A stretch of 64,000 nt of DNA from Candidatus Latescibacterota bacterium (GTDB lineage: Bacteria > Latescibacterota > CBDEFO01): positions 1,966,146 to 2,030,145 of the forward strand of contig CBDEFO010000008.1 in the NCBI GenBank assembly GCA_965237525.1, given 5' to 3'. Below are positions 1 through 9,929 of the stretch, piece by piece; the first letter of the stretch is position 1; each line of letters starts with the position of its first letter. Position numbers and translations under genes: made by a program. The notes beneath the pieces are model-generated. The model had not been told where the DNA came from, made no database searches, and saw nothing but the letters and a program-made list of their open reading frames with translations.

Positions 1-8
1 ACATCGCT

Positions 9-1781
9 TTGGGCATATTAGATCGCGGCGGCACTTTAGAGAGCACTGAAGCCCCAAACGAACCGCTCTTGGTTGATGGTAATATCAAACCGGCGTACAA
101 CATTTCGAATCAATATAAGAACGACCCAACGCCGGATTTTCTGCAAACTGAGCGCGGGTTAGTTATAGATCTTGGAGGTGCCTTCTTTTTAGATAACGTT
201 CGGATGATTACGGATTTAGGGGGGACACACGGTCAGGGCACGCTTTATGACAATTACGCAATGAGTCTGTCGGACGGTTCCAGGACTCTTGACGGGAGCT
301 TAGCCTGGAAGCTTGTGGTGGATATGGTTTCCGGAAGCCAGCTTGGTCAAACAAAATATCACGACCACAAATTCAAGGCTTCCAAAGCTAAATTCTTCTC
401 CCTTACCTGGACTCTGCTTGGGGTAAAGGGAGGGGGAGGACGTGCCGCAATAAAGGAGATTCAATTATTCGGAGAGGGCTATTTGCCGGAGGCCCAGATT
501 GTATCTATCTTTGAAGGGAGATCCCCCTTCATTGAGCTGCCAGGGATAAGGAATCTGACGTCGTTACAGTGGGATGCAGATACGCCGGAAGGCACAGATG
601 TGCTTATTCAGACAAAGACAGGTGATACGGTCAAGAAGGTAAAATACTACTTCACGAGGGCAGGCAAAGAATTGCACCCGGGGAACGAGAAAGAAGCAGA
701 AAAAGCATATAACAAGTGCTGTCTTAAAGGGTTTTTTGAGGGGAGTATAGTGGAGGAGACAGTCCCAGGAAGTGGTTGGAGTGGCTGGAGTGAGACCTAT
801 GTGCGTTCGGGGGACAGGTTCAGATCTCCCAGTCCCAGAAAATACATTATGATCCGAGCTACCTTTCTGACGGACGATCCTTTTCGATTTGCTACTTTGC
901 GTTCAGTGAGGCTTAATTTCTTGGCAGGTGACCCTGTTGCCACATCTGTGATTGGAGAGGTAACACCTTCCCGTCTGGATTCGATAGGCATTAAGCAGGA
1001 ACTGTCCTTTTTCATCCGCCCCACGTTTGATTTTAGGAGCAAAGGGTTGGATGAGATCCTTATCGAGGCGCCTTCTGGAGTCAGGATGAACTTTAAGCAG
1101 GTCAATAAGTGGGAGGATGAAAGCATTGAAGACATGATCATAGATGGCCATCTGAGGGAACCTGATGAAAGTTATACAGATAAAAGCGAAGGTTTTCAGG
1201 TTTTATCCAGACCTGATTCCGATTCACTGTGGGTTCGGCTGCCGGGTCGTATAAAGACGACTACGGGTAATGTTCTAATCGAGGTCAAGTTTGAAGCGCA
1301 GTTATTTGGATTCAGCACATTTTTTGATGGTTCTATAGGCAATTCATCCGTAGAGGGTTCCTGGCAGAGGACGGACGATGGTGATGCTAATGGCGTTACA
1401 GACAGCGAAAAGACAGTAGTATTAGCCCTTGAGGGGAATAGGATATTAGATGCTATTGAGGTAGATCCTAAGATAATTACACCCAATGGAGACGGGATTA
1501 ACGATAAGACGTCGATAAGCTTTTTACTGTTGCGTGTGGGGTTATCAACTCCTGTGCAGGTGCAGATATACGATCTTAGCGGCAATATAGTTGTTGAGTT
1601 GCTGAATGACTCTCTTTCTTCGGGGGCATATAAAGAAGACGATGCAGTGATCTGGGATGGCACCGATAGTTCAGGAGGGTTAGTTACTCCTGGTATATAT
1701 GTTATAAGGATTAATGTTGATACCGATTCAGATTCTGCTGAAGATAGTTCAGTCAGCCGGTTAGTGCAGGTTGCATATTGA
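9..1781 (+). CDS. Large secreted protein with C-terminal FlgD Ig-like domain (5'-partial; frame open to the window edge)
   Basis: 590-aa ORF; C-terminus ITPNGDGINDKT...VQIYDLSG...WDGTDSSGGLVTPGIYVIRINV is typical of FlgD_ig tails; discoidin-like 'IDLG...IKEIQLFG' segment. Confidence 0.75.
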   Translation: MGILDRGGTLESTEAPNEPLLVDGNIKPAYNISNQYKNDPTPDFLQTERGLVIDLGGAFFLDNVRMITDLGGTHGQGTLYDNYAMSLSDGSRTLDGSLAWKLVVDMVSGSQLGQTKYHDHKFKASKAKFFSLTWTLLGVKGGGGRAAIKEIQLFGEGYLPEAQIVSIFEGRSPFIELPGIRNLTSLQWDADTPEGTDVLIQTKTGDTVKKVKYYFTRAGKELHPGNEKEAEKAYNKCCLKGFFEGSIVEETVPGSGWSGWSETYVRSGDRFRSPSPRKYIMIRATFLTDDPFRFATLRSVRLNFLAGDPVATSVIGEVTPSRLDSIGIKQELSFFIRPTFDFRSKGLDEILIEAPSGVRMNFKQVNKWEDESIEDMIIDGHLREPDESYTDKSEGFQVLSRPDSDSLWVRLPGRIKTTTGNVLIEVKFEAQLFGFSTFFDGSIGNSSVEGSWQRTDDGDANGVTDSEKTVVLALEGNRILDAIEVDPKIITPNGDGINDKTSISFLLLRVGLSTPVQVQIYDLSGNIVVELLNDSLSSGAYKEDDAVIWDGTDSSGGLVTPGIYVIRINVDTDSDSAEDSSVSRLVQVAY

Positions 1782-1790
1782 GCAAGCAGC

Positions 1791-1902
1791 CCACGATAGA
1801 TTCAATCGGGCAGTCGGGGTGTGGGCATCTCGTGCACAGCTGCCACCCCTTTTTGCTGGGGGACGAAGTGCCAGCAAACCGCGAAGTGGGCGAAGCAATC
1901 TG
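1791..1902. repeat. Composite intergenic repeat (CGATAGATTCAATCG hairpin plus GCGAAGCAATCT family)
   Basis: ccacgatagattcaatcggg; cagcaaaccgcgaagtgggcgaagcaatct is near reverse complement of 21211-21245. Confidence 0.65.
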
Positions 1903-2060
1903 ACTTAGGTTGCCTCTCCCTGTGTGTTGGCTGCTATTTAGGATCCCTACAAACTTGTGCATACTATTTTGACGCGATACTGGGCTTTTACTTGAAGGGA
2001 GGGAACCCTAGTGTCAAACTCCGTTAATCACGGGAAGTCAGACCATTAATCTCCAATGGG

Positions 2061-3478
2061 GTGATAAAAATGTCTTGGTGTGCAAGAATGGGTAGTATTT
2101 TATGTAGGCTGGCAGGGTTGATTCTGCTTGCTTTGGTGGTCACCAGTATCTTTTCAGATGAAGCCACCTGTGCGACTATCTACAGGATCGGAAGGCCGTT
2201 TTCACCAGTAGAGAAAGACAGTCTCCAGGGGATAGGGATTAAGCTCAAGGAGATCAGCTGGTTGAACAAAGATGCATCTGAGATCAGGGAGAACATCGAT
2301 GAGGACTCTCTGAAAGCGGCGGATGCAGGCTCAATTCAACCCAAGTTTATCAGGGAGGGTGAGAGCATAGCCGCAACGGCTCTGGACAGAGGTGGATGGA
2401 TAGCCGAAGGTACCCCCAAGCTTATGAGAGGCTAGGCCACCATGAGGGATATGGAATCGAAGGCAACATTGGGAATAACATGATAGATGGGGATCCGACC
2501 ACGGCTTTTGTGTGGCCTTGGCCGGCGCCCGCGGGGGAGCAAAGAGGCGGCGCAAGATGTCATCATGCACCTCACCGGATAGTTATTAACTTAGGCGGAA
2601 TATTTGTCGTCAATAAAGTAAGATTCTACACTCGTGAAGGAACATCCCCAGAGGGTGAGGAATATGAGACTCACTTCATACAGGACTACGAATTGGGTAC
2701 CAGCCTTGGCCGCCCGCAGGATTTCATCGAGACCCACTATTGTCGAGGAACGGGTTACATCCCGAGTTTCCGACAGTTTGCCAAGTACACTCACCCAGGC
2801 AGTAGAGGTCAATCTGGATTTCCATCTGGCGCCAGTGCACGTCATGAGCGCGTTGAAAATCTATTTCCTGAAGTTATAATACCGCTTGATCCTCCGGAGA
2901 AAATCTCTTATGTCGCGCTGTTCATCTATACCCCAAATTTGAAGACGATAGAGATCGCCGAGTTTGAGGTCTTGGGACAGGGCTTTGTAGAAGAAGCCTC
3001 TTATATAGCTGACATAATTGAGTTGGACGACATCGCCAGTTTCGGCGAGATCACCTGGTCGGGGAGTCGTGATCCCAAGGCCGAGGCTAGGATCCGAACC
3101 AGGAGTGGGACAGATCGTCATCCGGACGTCTACTGGAGAATCAGCCCTGAGCAGCAAACGTCGGTAGTTTTGCCTCCCGAAAAGGGGGGAAAAGACCTGA
3201 GCCCAGAGGAGCACAAAAGTGAGTACGACAAACTCCCTAAAAGTTTTAGGGGTCCAGTGACTTACGATTCGGAAAACTGGAGCTTCTGGTCTGCACCTTA
3301 CAAGTTTGAAAGTCCGGGAGTGACGATCGGAAGTGGTGTTTGGTGGAAACAGAAGATGGTCACAAGGGTTGGTTTGCTGTTGAATCCAACTGGCGGATTG
3401 TCGGCACAGGAAAAGAGGCAGATGAGATATTTGACGGTCTATGTCACGCAGATTAGCTGGATGCTTACTGTTGCCTGA
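2061..3478 (+). pseudogene. Frameshifted, 3'-truncated member of the same secreted-protein family as 9..1781
   Basis: ORFs 2061..2435 (signal peptide, ALDRGG) and 2396..3478 (MIDGDPTTAF, INLGG, IAEFEVLG, RTRSG, WSFWSAPY) overlap out of frame; similarity stops near 3325 (SPGVTI) with no FlgD tail. Confidence 0.7.
3329..3456 (+). pseudogene. 3' fragment of an unrelated SH3-like domain gene
   Basis: Alternative frame reads KWCLVETEDGHKGWFAVESNWRIVGTGKEADEIFDGLCHAD*; W-x2-V-x3-DG-x2-GW is SH3b-like. Confidence 0.5.
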
Positions 3479-3608
3479 CACCGCGTGCAACGGACGCGAG
3501 CGGCTAGCGGTTTTTGAATGTTTTGGAGTCAACCAAGAATAGGACTTGCTGCTGCTCGGCCTATAGTGTAGATAACGTTCTGTTGATCCGAAAAAGGAGA
3601 AGGAAATC

Positions 3609-5501
3609 ATGAAGACATTAATCAGAGGTTTCTGTGCACTCAGCATTCTAATTGCTGCGTCGGCTGTTGTTTCAGCTCACCAGCCATCTGGTGGCATCTT
3701 TCCGGTTTTTCAGTTTCCCGAAAACGCCTTGCCGCGGATAGACGGCGATTTAAGCGATTGGGATATGGTCCCAGAGAAGTTCTGGATAACTCTGGACAAT
3801 AATTTCGGAAAGAGCGAGGTAATGCCGTCAGGAGCGTATACTTATCATCCTATCTGGAGAGATTTCGATCTTGCCGATTTGAACGTAAAGTGCATCGTAG
3901 GCTGGAATGAGAAGACAAACCGTATCTACGTTATGGCTGAAGTAGTGGACGACTATCTCCACAATTCACGTGAAAACCCCTCACGTTATGACTGGGACGA
4001 CGACATCAATTTGGTAATCGATGCCGACCACAGCGGGGGAAAGCTCTTCAAGAAAAGATGGGAATACTTACCTCGAGAAGAGCAAGAGCAGTTGTTCTAT
4101 ACGACTGGCCAGCTTTACACTATGCTGGTACCGCCTATAGACGGCTATTACAGCTTTATGTACTTTCTGGACGGCGGCACCTTCTGGTGGTTGACGGATG
4201 GGACACGTGACCTTGCTCCTGATTATCTAAAGACAGGCTGGACACGCACAGGCGAAACAGGAGGACCTGGTACTTATACTTATGAGTATATGGTAACCCC
4301 CTGGGAGTTGCTGAGTCCTGACGGTCCTGATTCGAGCACAATAGTGGATCTAGAGGAAGGGAAGATCATACACCTCGGGTTTCTGTTCAAGGATTACGAT
4401 ACCTTTGAGAGCTACGAGGGGTCGTATGATTTTCCTCCCATGCACGAAGTCTGGCGCAACGCTGACCTTGCTGCCGACTTCGTGCTGTTACCAATTGGCG
4501 GCGATCTGCGTACTATCGCGGGCACGGTTACCAACTTGAGGCACTATAGAAAGGGGGTCCCGCTTCTAAAGGACCTGCCCGGGTGGTTCTTCGGACTTCG
4601 GTACCTTTTCGGAGTCAGCAGAAAAGATTTAGAACCCTATGGGGGATTGGTCATCGAGGCCTACCGAGGCGATCAGCCGGCGGGGAGTGCCCATACGGAC
4701 GCAGAAGGACAGTACAATTTGATGGTGATGCCCGGGGAATACACCTTGGGGGTGCCTGGGGGACAGGGTGTGGAGGCTCCCCAGGTGGCAGGACTCACTG
4801 TGCGTGCGGGGCAGGAGACTAATGCCGATTTTGAAGTGACTCCGATCGAGCTGCCTAAGGTGCTGGAGCCATCTATAGCCGGGTACCAACTTAAGTGGTA
4901 CAATGAACCGCTTATGAAGACCGAGCTAAGTATTATTCACATGAGCTTGGGAGTGGACGTCAAGCGCTATTCCTACGAAATACCCGACTTTCACTACATC
5001 TGCTATTCATATGAGCGCTACATAGAGGGCCAGAAGCAGCAGAGATTGGGGCGTGATGGCGAACTCATAGACTGGACATCTGGAGGAATATCGGGTGCGT
5101 CAGGGGGTAAGAACATCATATCGCTTATCTTCCGCAGAACAGACGAAATGCTTCATATATGGCACGCGACAAAGGGCGGCGGTGGAACTCTGGGTCGAGT
5201 TAACATCGAGGGCTATTACCCGAGAGGAGATGTAAGATATGGAGAGTCTCTGGCTGTGGGCAAAAGGTCGCTTGTTCATGTATGGGTTGCTGATAGCGCC
5301 GGAAATATTGAACGCTACTTGGAAAGAGGCCGACTTTCACCCCAGCGGACTGTGGAGGAGATCGCCTCCGAATATGGTCTTGTGGTAGCTATATACGCCG
5401 AACTTGAATGCAAAGAAGCGGAGTGGATAAAGCGTAAAGTGGAAAAAGTCACAGAGCAGAGAAAGCGCCAGAAGAAGGGCAAAACAAAAAACCCTGAATG
5501 A
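3609..5501 (+). CDS. Chimeric secreted protein: CBM9-like (IDADHSGG) domain + carboxypeptidase-regulatory-like Ig domain + domain shared with 45312..46019
   Basis: Signal peptide; IDGDLSDW, VGWN, IDADHSGG and LEEGKIIHLGF motifs match the 51.8-55.9 kb array; TDAEGQYNLMVMPGEYTL; C-terminal NEPLMKTE...YGLVVAIYAELEC closely matches the 45312 ORF; RBS AAGGA. Confidence 0.75.
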   Translation: MKTLIRGFCALSILIAASAVVSAHQPSGGIFPVFQFPENALPRIDGDLSDWDMVPEKFWITLDNNFGKSEVMPSGAYTYHPIWRDFDLADLNVKCIVGWNEKTNRIYVMAEVVDDYLHNSRENPSRYDWDDDINLVIDADHSGGKLFKKRWEYLPREEQEQLFYTTGQLYTMLVPPIDGYYSFMYFLDGGTFWWLTDGTRDLAPDYLKTGWTRTGETGGPGTYTYEYMVTPWELLSPDGPDSSTIVDLEEGKIIHLGFLFKDYDTFESYEGSYDFPPMHEVWRNADLAADFVLLPIGGDLRTIAGTVTNLRHYRKGVPLLKDLPGWFFGLRYLFGVSRKDLEPYGGLVIEAYRGDQPAGSAHTDAEGQYNLMVMPGEYTLGVPGGQGVEAPQVAGLTVRAGQETNADFEVTPIELPKVLEPSIAGYQLKWYNEPLMKTELSIIHMSLGVDVKRYSYEIPDFHYICYSYERYIEGQKQQRLGRDGELIDWTSGGISGASGGKNIISLIFRRTDEMLHIWHATKGGGGTLGRVNIEGYYPRGDVRYGESLAVGKRSLVHVWVADSAGNIERYLERGRLSPQRTVEEIASEYGLVVAIYAELECKEAEWIKRKVEKVTEQRKRQKKGKTKNPE

Positions 5502-5558
5502 AAGAGAACCTGAGCATCGGGTTCAATTGAGCTAATTTTATATTCCAAAGAGTAGACA

Positions 5559-5840
5559 ATGAAAAATACAGTTGTTGTATATTTTCAGATATTGATTCTA
5601 AGTCTTCTCTCAACGACCCCTAGTCTTGGTAAAAGCATCTCTCTTCTTTCCGAGACTCAGGTATCCATCACGGGCTCGTCGAGCGATACCTATTTCTACC
5701 AGACAGAAGTCGTGGGGAATATCGCCATCATCGGCACGCGCCGCGCCGGGACGAATGGTGGCAGGATTCACGACAGAGATAGAAACTGCAGCCAGAAGAC
5801 TATTACCAACAAGAAAATATCGATAGGGGGACTCTCATGA
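5559..5840 (+). pseudogene. Truncated secreted protein (signal peptide plus start of a beta-propeller-like region)
   Basis: 93-aa ORF with signal peptide then VVGNIAIIGT; runs into the start of the next gene. Confidence 0.35.
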
Positions 5841-7096
5841 GAATCACCGAAATCGAGCCTATTTCCCTGCATGTGCCCTACGAGGCACGCATTCGCAGGC
5901 AGTTTTACCATTTCAATATGAGTGAAGAGGTGACGGTCTACAAATTTCATACCGATTCGGGCCTTATCGGCCTGGGGGAAAACATAGGAGCCCCTTACGG
6001 ACAGGACCAGCTAAACGCCTATCTCGGCACGGATCCGTTCGATCATATATTGGGCCAGGGGTTTTTCAACCTCGACATGGCCTGCTATGATCTGATGGGC
6101 AAGCACCTGGACCTTCCGGCCTGGAAACTGATGGGCCAGCAGGTGCGGCAATGGGTGGTCATGGGATGGTGGATGCCATGTATGTCCCCTGAGGACAGCG
6201 CCGCCGAAGTTCAGGTGGCTGCAGAGCGCGGGTACCGCGGGCTCAAATGCAAGGCCAGGGCGTTCTACGATGTAGTCGAGCAATCTGAGGCGATTCAGGA
6301 GATTGCACCGCCTGACTTTCGTGTGGAGTACGATTTCAACGGTTCGTTAATGAATGTGGAGAAGGCCCTGCCTATCCTGCGGAAATTGGAGAAGTTTCCG
6401 GTGGTCAAGGGCCTGGAAGAACCGATCTTCGCCCACGATGTCGAGGGTTGGCGCCGCCTCCACCGGGAGATACAGATCCCGTTCTACCTGCACGGTGTAC
6501 ATGTCGTTCTTGAGGGTCCTTCGCGCGCTCCTTCGGGACCCTGGATTGGACTCCGCGCGGGCGACTTCGAGGGCGCACTCTGCAGCCACGATTCGATCAA
6601 GGGCGCTCTTTCGGCTAGCTGGGTCTTTACTGCGGCGAACACCCCTATTCTGCTGCAGTATGTGGGCACCGGAATTACCACGGCATTTGCCTGCAATCTG
6701 GGAGCCGTAATGCCGATGGCCACCCTGCCGGCGGTGACGGCCAGTCACACCTATGAAGATGACCTGATCGTGGAGGCTCATACGGTCCAGCGGGGATTCA
6801 TGAAGGTCCCTGGGGGACCGGGCCTGGGAGTGGAGTTAGATGAGGATGCGGTGAAGCGTTATTCGCAGACTTCCGCACCCGAATGGCCCCGGCATATCTC
6901 CGTCGTTACCCTGACCGGAGGGATAAAACACTACTACCGGAATTTGCAGCAGGCCGAAAATCTCATGAAGCTGGGGGTGGACGAATCCTACGCTCCAGGT
7001 GTCAGACTGGGCGAATGGGAGGATGACGGCAGCGATAAATTTGACAGTCTCTGGAAGCGCCTGCAAGAGAGCGATTGGCCAGTGTGGGAGGAGTAG
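5837..7096 (+). CDS. Mandelate racemase/muconate lactonizing enzyme family (enolase superfamily)
   Basis: MRITEIE, TDSGLIGLGE, DMACYDLMGK, LKCK, DFN, LEEP, PGGPGLGVELD motifs. Confidence 0.9.
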   Translation: MRITEIEPISLHVPYEARIRRQFYHFNMSEEVTVYKFHTDSGLIGLGENIGAPYGQDQLNAYLGTDPFDHILGQGFFNLDMACYDLMGKHLDLPAWKLMGQQVRQWVVMGWWMPCMSPEDSAAEVQVAAERGYRGLKCKARAFYDVVEQSEAIQEIAPPDFRVEYDFNGSLMNVEKALPILRKLEKFPVVKGLEEPIFAHDVEGWRRLHREIQIPFYLHGVHVVLEGPSRAPSGPWIGLRAGDFEGALCSHDSIKGALSASWVFTAANTPILLQYVGTGITTAFACNLGAVMPMATLPAVTASHTYEDDLIVEAHTVQRGFMKVPGGPGLGVELDEDAVKRYSQTSAPEWPRHISVVTLTGGIKHYYRNLQQAENLMKLGVDESYAPGVRLGEWEDDGSDKFDSLWKRLQESDWPVWEE

Positions 7097-7409
7097 AGAG
7101 TGGAGAATGAAGAGCGTCTGTATCCTACCAGATGACATTGGGGTCGTTCTGGACGAACCTAACTCTGAGGATGTGACCGACGTCTACCGGGTAGTGGTCG
7201 AGGCCCAAATATGAGGAGTCATAAGCATTGAATGTCTACGTAATTAGCCGACACTGAAATGACGCTCCAACTAGCCGGAGCAACATTCAGTTTCGGTGAC
7301 CTTACACTGTAAGAAGCCAAGTATAAGTGCTTCGGTATATCCCCGACCCTCGATAGAGTCATTCGGGGGTTCAATTGGGGACGAAGCATCACAGACAAAG
7401 GAGAGGATA

Positions 7410-8387
7410 ATGAACGTTCCGCCGACGGACGGGATGCGAGTTTCTGTACAGGACCTTCGCAAGCTGGTGGCGTCCATATACCGGGGAGTTCCCGTTCCCG
7501 AGGATCACGCCCAACTGATCGCCGATCTCCTGATCGACACGGAGCTGCGCGGCGTCGTCAGTCACGGGGTTGTGCAGGTCGAACGCTATGTGCGCGCCTT
7601 CCAGGAGGGTAAAGCCAATGCGCACCCCAACGTTCGGGTTCTGAAGGAAGGTCCTGTGACAGCGGCCCTGGATGGAGACGGCGGTCTCGGGATGATCGTC
7701 GCCACGAAGGCCATGCAGATGGCAATAGCTAAAGCCAAGAAGATGGGGGTCGGAGTCACTACAAGTACCTACCACGATCACCTTGGGAGTTCGGGAAAGT
7801 ATATCCGGATGGCCCTGCGCGATGACCTGATCGGGATTAGCTTCTCGGGTAGGAACGCATCGCCGAGCTACGACTACAACAGCACCATTCAAGGTTCGAT
7901 ACAGGGGAGTCCGCCGCTCGCCTTCGGCATGCCTTCCGGGCCCGATCAGCCGTACTTCATGCTGGACCTGGGCAGTCACATGGAGTGGGATGAGGAGTGC
8001 TTCAAGAAGATGCCTCAGGTCTTCTTCAGGTGCATCGGGTTCTCGCACGTGGCCAACATCATGAGCGGCACCCTTGGGGGTCAGATGCTTCCGGAGTTCA
8101 ACCGCCAGAACGTCAAGTACACCGGCGCCAACCAATCCGGGTTCTTCATGGCCCTTGACATCGAGTGTTTCGTCTCGCTCCAGGCCTTCAAGGACGATAT
8201 GAACCGTCTGATGGAAGAGACAAGCAAGATGAAGCCCTTTCCGGGCTATTCCGAATCTAGCCTCCCCGGTGGACGCGCGTGGAAGAAGGAGAAAGAATAT
8301 TTGCAGGATGGCATTCCCATCTCCGAGACCGCAGTTAAATCGTTGGAGAAATTGGCTCTTGAATTCGGCCTTCCTGTTCCCTGGTAG
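7410..8387 (+). CDS. Ldh_2 family oxidoreductase (malate/L-lactate/L-sulfolactate dehydrogenase type 2)
   Basis: LRGVVSHG, LDGDGGLG, HDHLG, PPLAFGMP, LPGGR motifs; RBS GGAGAGG before ATG 7410. Confidence 0.9.
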   Translation: MNVPPTDGMRVSVQDLRKLVASIYRGVPVPEDHAQLIADLLIDTELRGVVSHGVVQVERYVRAFQEGKANAHPNVRVLKEGPVTAALDGDGGLGMIVATKAMQMAIAKAKKMGVGVTTSTYHDHLGSSGKYIRMALRDDLIGISFSGRNASPSYDYNSTIQGSIQGSPPLAFGMPSGPDQPYFMLDLGSHMEWDEECFKKMPQVFFRCIGFSHVANIMSGTLGGQMLPEFNRQNVKYTGANQSGFFMALDIECFVSLQAFKDDMNRLMEETSKMKPFPGYSESSLPGGRAWKKEKEYLQDGIPISETAVKSLEKLALEFGLPVPW

Positions 8388-8718
8388 AGGGGGAGAAGCG
8401 CAGTAATTACGCTCGTACTTTGGAGATGAAGTACGTGTGGTAGGTGTGCACGGATCGTGATCCCTGATCCCCGATTGCGTCTAGTGGGGAGGGATGTTTC
8501 GGGCGTTTTCTGTTTGTGCTGACTTTGAAAGGGTAAACGGTTCGAAGAAGAGCGGGATGCGAAGGTGCAGGTCCCCGTCTGGCCGACCTTGGGAGGGAAT
8601 AAAGTTTCGGCGATAGGGAGGCCGGCCAAGGCAAGACAGCCGCACTGCCGAAGATAAGATCTTTGCCTAATGTTTCTTGACAATTTGTGGCATCAAGTGC
8701 AAACCGTAGGTGATCTAT

Positions 8719-9543
8719 ATGACTGAAATAGAAAAGTACGAGTTCGACCGCCAAGGATATCTTATTATCAAAGATATGCTCAAGGAGCAGGAAGTAAAAA
8801 AACTGGCAGCAGCGGTTAATGAACTGGAAGACCATGCACTGCGGCACGTGGATCTGCCGCCGCGGAAGGTCAGCGCGTGGGGGCCTGAATACCATTTCAA
8901 TGAGGAAAGGGGTTACTACGTTCGGGGGTCGAATAAGCAGGGCGAGACTCTGATGATTGAGGATTTCTGGAATGCTGATCTGGCCTTTGATTTGCTGGTC
9001 AACGATGCATCGACAATGGCCTATATGCGGGCCATTATCCAGGGCCACAGCACCATCAATAATTCGGAGATCCGTATACGCTATCCCGGCAACGCCTCCC
9101 GTACCCATCTGGGCGGACCGGTAGGTCCCAAGTACCGTTATGCGTTTAATGCCGATGGTATTGACTGTATGATGGTACGTATGATTTATTTTGTGCATGA
9201 TGTGAGCAATGAGCAGGGAGCCTTTTGTGTGGTCCCTGGCACTCATAAGAGCAACTTTGTCTCGCCCTATGGCGATAACCCGGATGAGGAACCGGGCATG
9301 ATCGGTCTGGAGGTGAAGGCTGGCGATGCGATCTTGTTTACGGAAAATCTTCGGCACGGGAGATTGACCAACCGTTCCCCGCAGGTTCGTAAGACGCTGT
9401 ATGTGGGATATGGTCCGGCCTGGATGATGTCGCAGAATATCGCTACGATGGATGAACCGCAGTATTTGAAGGAAGAGACTCTGATGCGCTATGATGTGGA
9501 TCAGCAGAATCTGTTCAGGGCCTGGCCCCTAGGAGCGGATTGA
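8719..9543 (+). CDS. Phytanoyl-CoA dioxygenase (PhyH) family protein
   Basis: YEFDRQGYLII, GAFCVVPGTHKSN, KAGDAILFTENLRHG. Confidence 0.88.
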   Translation: MTEIEKYEFDRQGYLIIKDMLKEQEVKKLAAAVNELEDHALRHVDLPPRKVSAWGPEYHFNEERGYYVRGSNKQGETLMIEDFWNADLAFDLLVNDASTMAYMRAIIQGHSTINNSEIRIRYPGNASRTHLGGPVGPKYRYAFNADGIDCMMVRMIYFVHDVSNEQGAFCVVPGTHKSNFVSPYGDNPDEEPGMIGLEVKAGDAILFTENLRHGRLTNRSPQVRKTLYVGYGPAWMMSQNIATMDEPQYLKEETLMRYDVDQQNLFRAWPLGAD

Positions 9544-9704
9544 ATCAAAGATATGCATCATCTACATTAAAGAGTATAAGGGGAAGCCTGAGATTATTTT
9601 AAGCGATCCGAGCCAAATAGAGGTGTTGGAGTAACTAAGTGTCCACCATCTGAATAATCTACCAGTGATCGGACATTTTATTGGTGAACAAGGAGGAATC
9701 ATCC

Positions 9705-9929
9705 ATGACGTCCCATGCACAGGACTTGCAGATCGTACGGGAGCGACTGGAGAAGGTAGAGAGGCAATATCATAGGCTCAAGAGTATAGTAACTGTCGGT
9801 TTGGTTATCGCCGGCACGATCTTGGTGATGGGACAAACTCTACCTAAAAGTCGGACTGTAGAGGCTGAAAGATTCTTTCTTCGTGGCAAGGATGGGAATA
9901 GACATGTTGGAGGGATAAGATGCTGTTGA
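9705..9929 (+). pseudogene. 5' fragment of a membrane-anchored protein (coiled-coil leader plus TM)
   Basis: MTSHAQDLQIVRERLEKVERQ... with the same RBS/start context (GGAGGAATCATCCATGAC) as 51795-51812; homologous to the leaders at 48538 and 51061. Confidence 0.55.

Noticed and set aside
8540..8660. Possible riboswitch or group II intron fragment (GCGAAGGTGCAGGTCCCC)
   Set aside because: Could not match the conserved cores of cobalamin riboswitches or intron domain V by eye; an Rfam search is needed
8407..9357. 316-aa minus-strand ORF and similar long antisense ORFs (e.g. 2861..3646, 7389..8135, 36001..36870)
   Set aside because: Shadows of well-supported genes on the opposite strand
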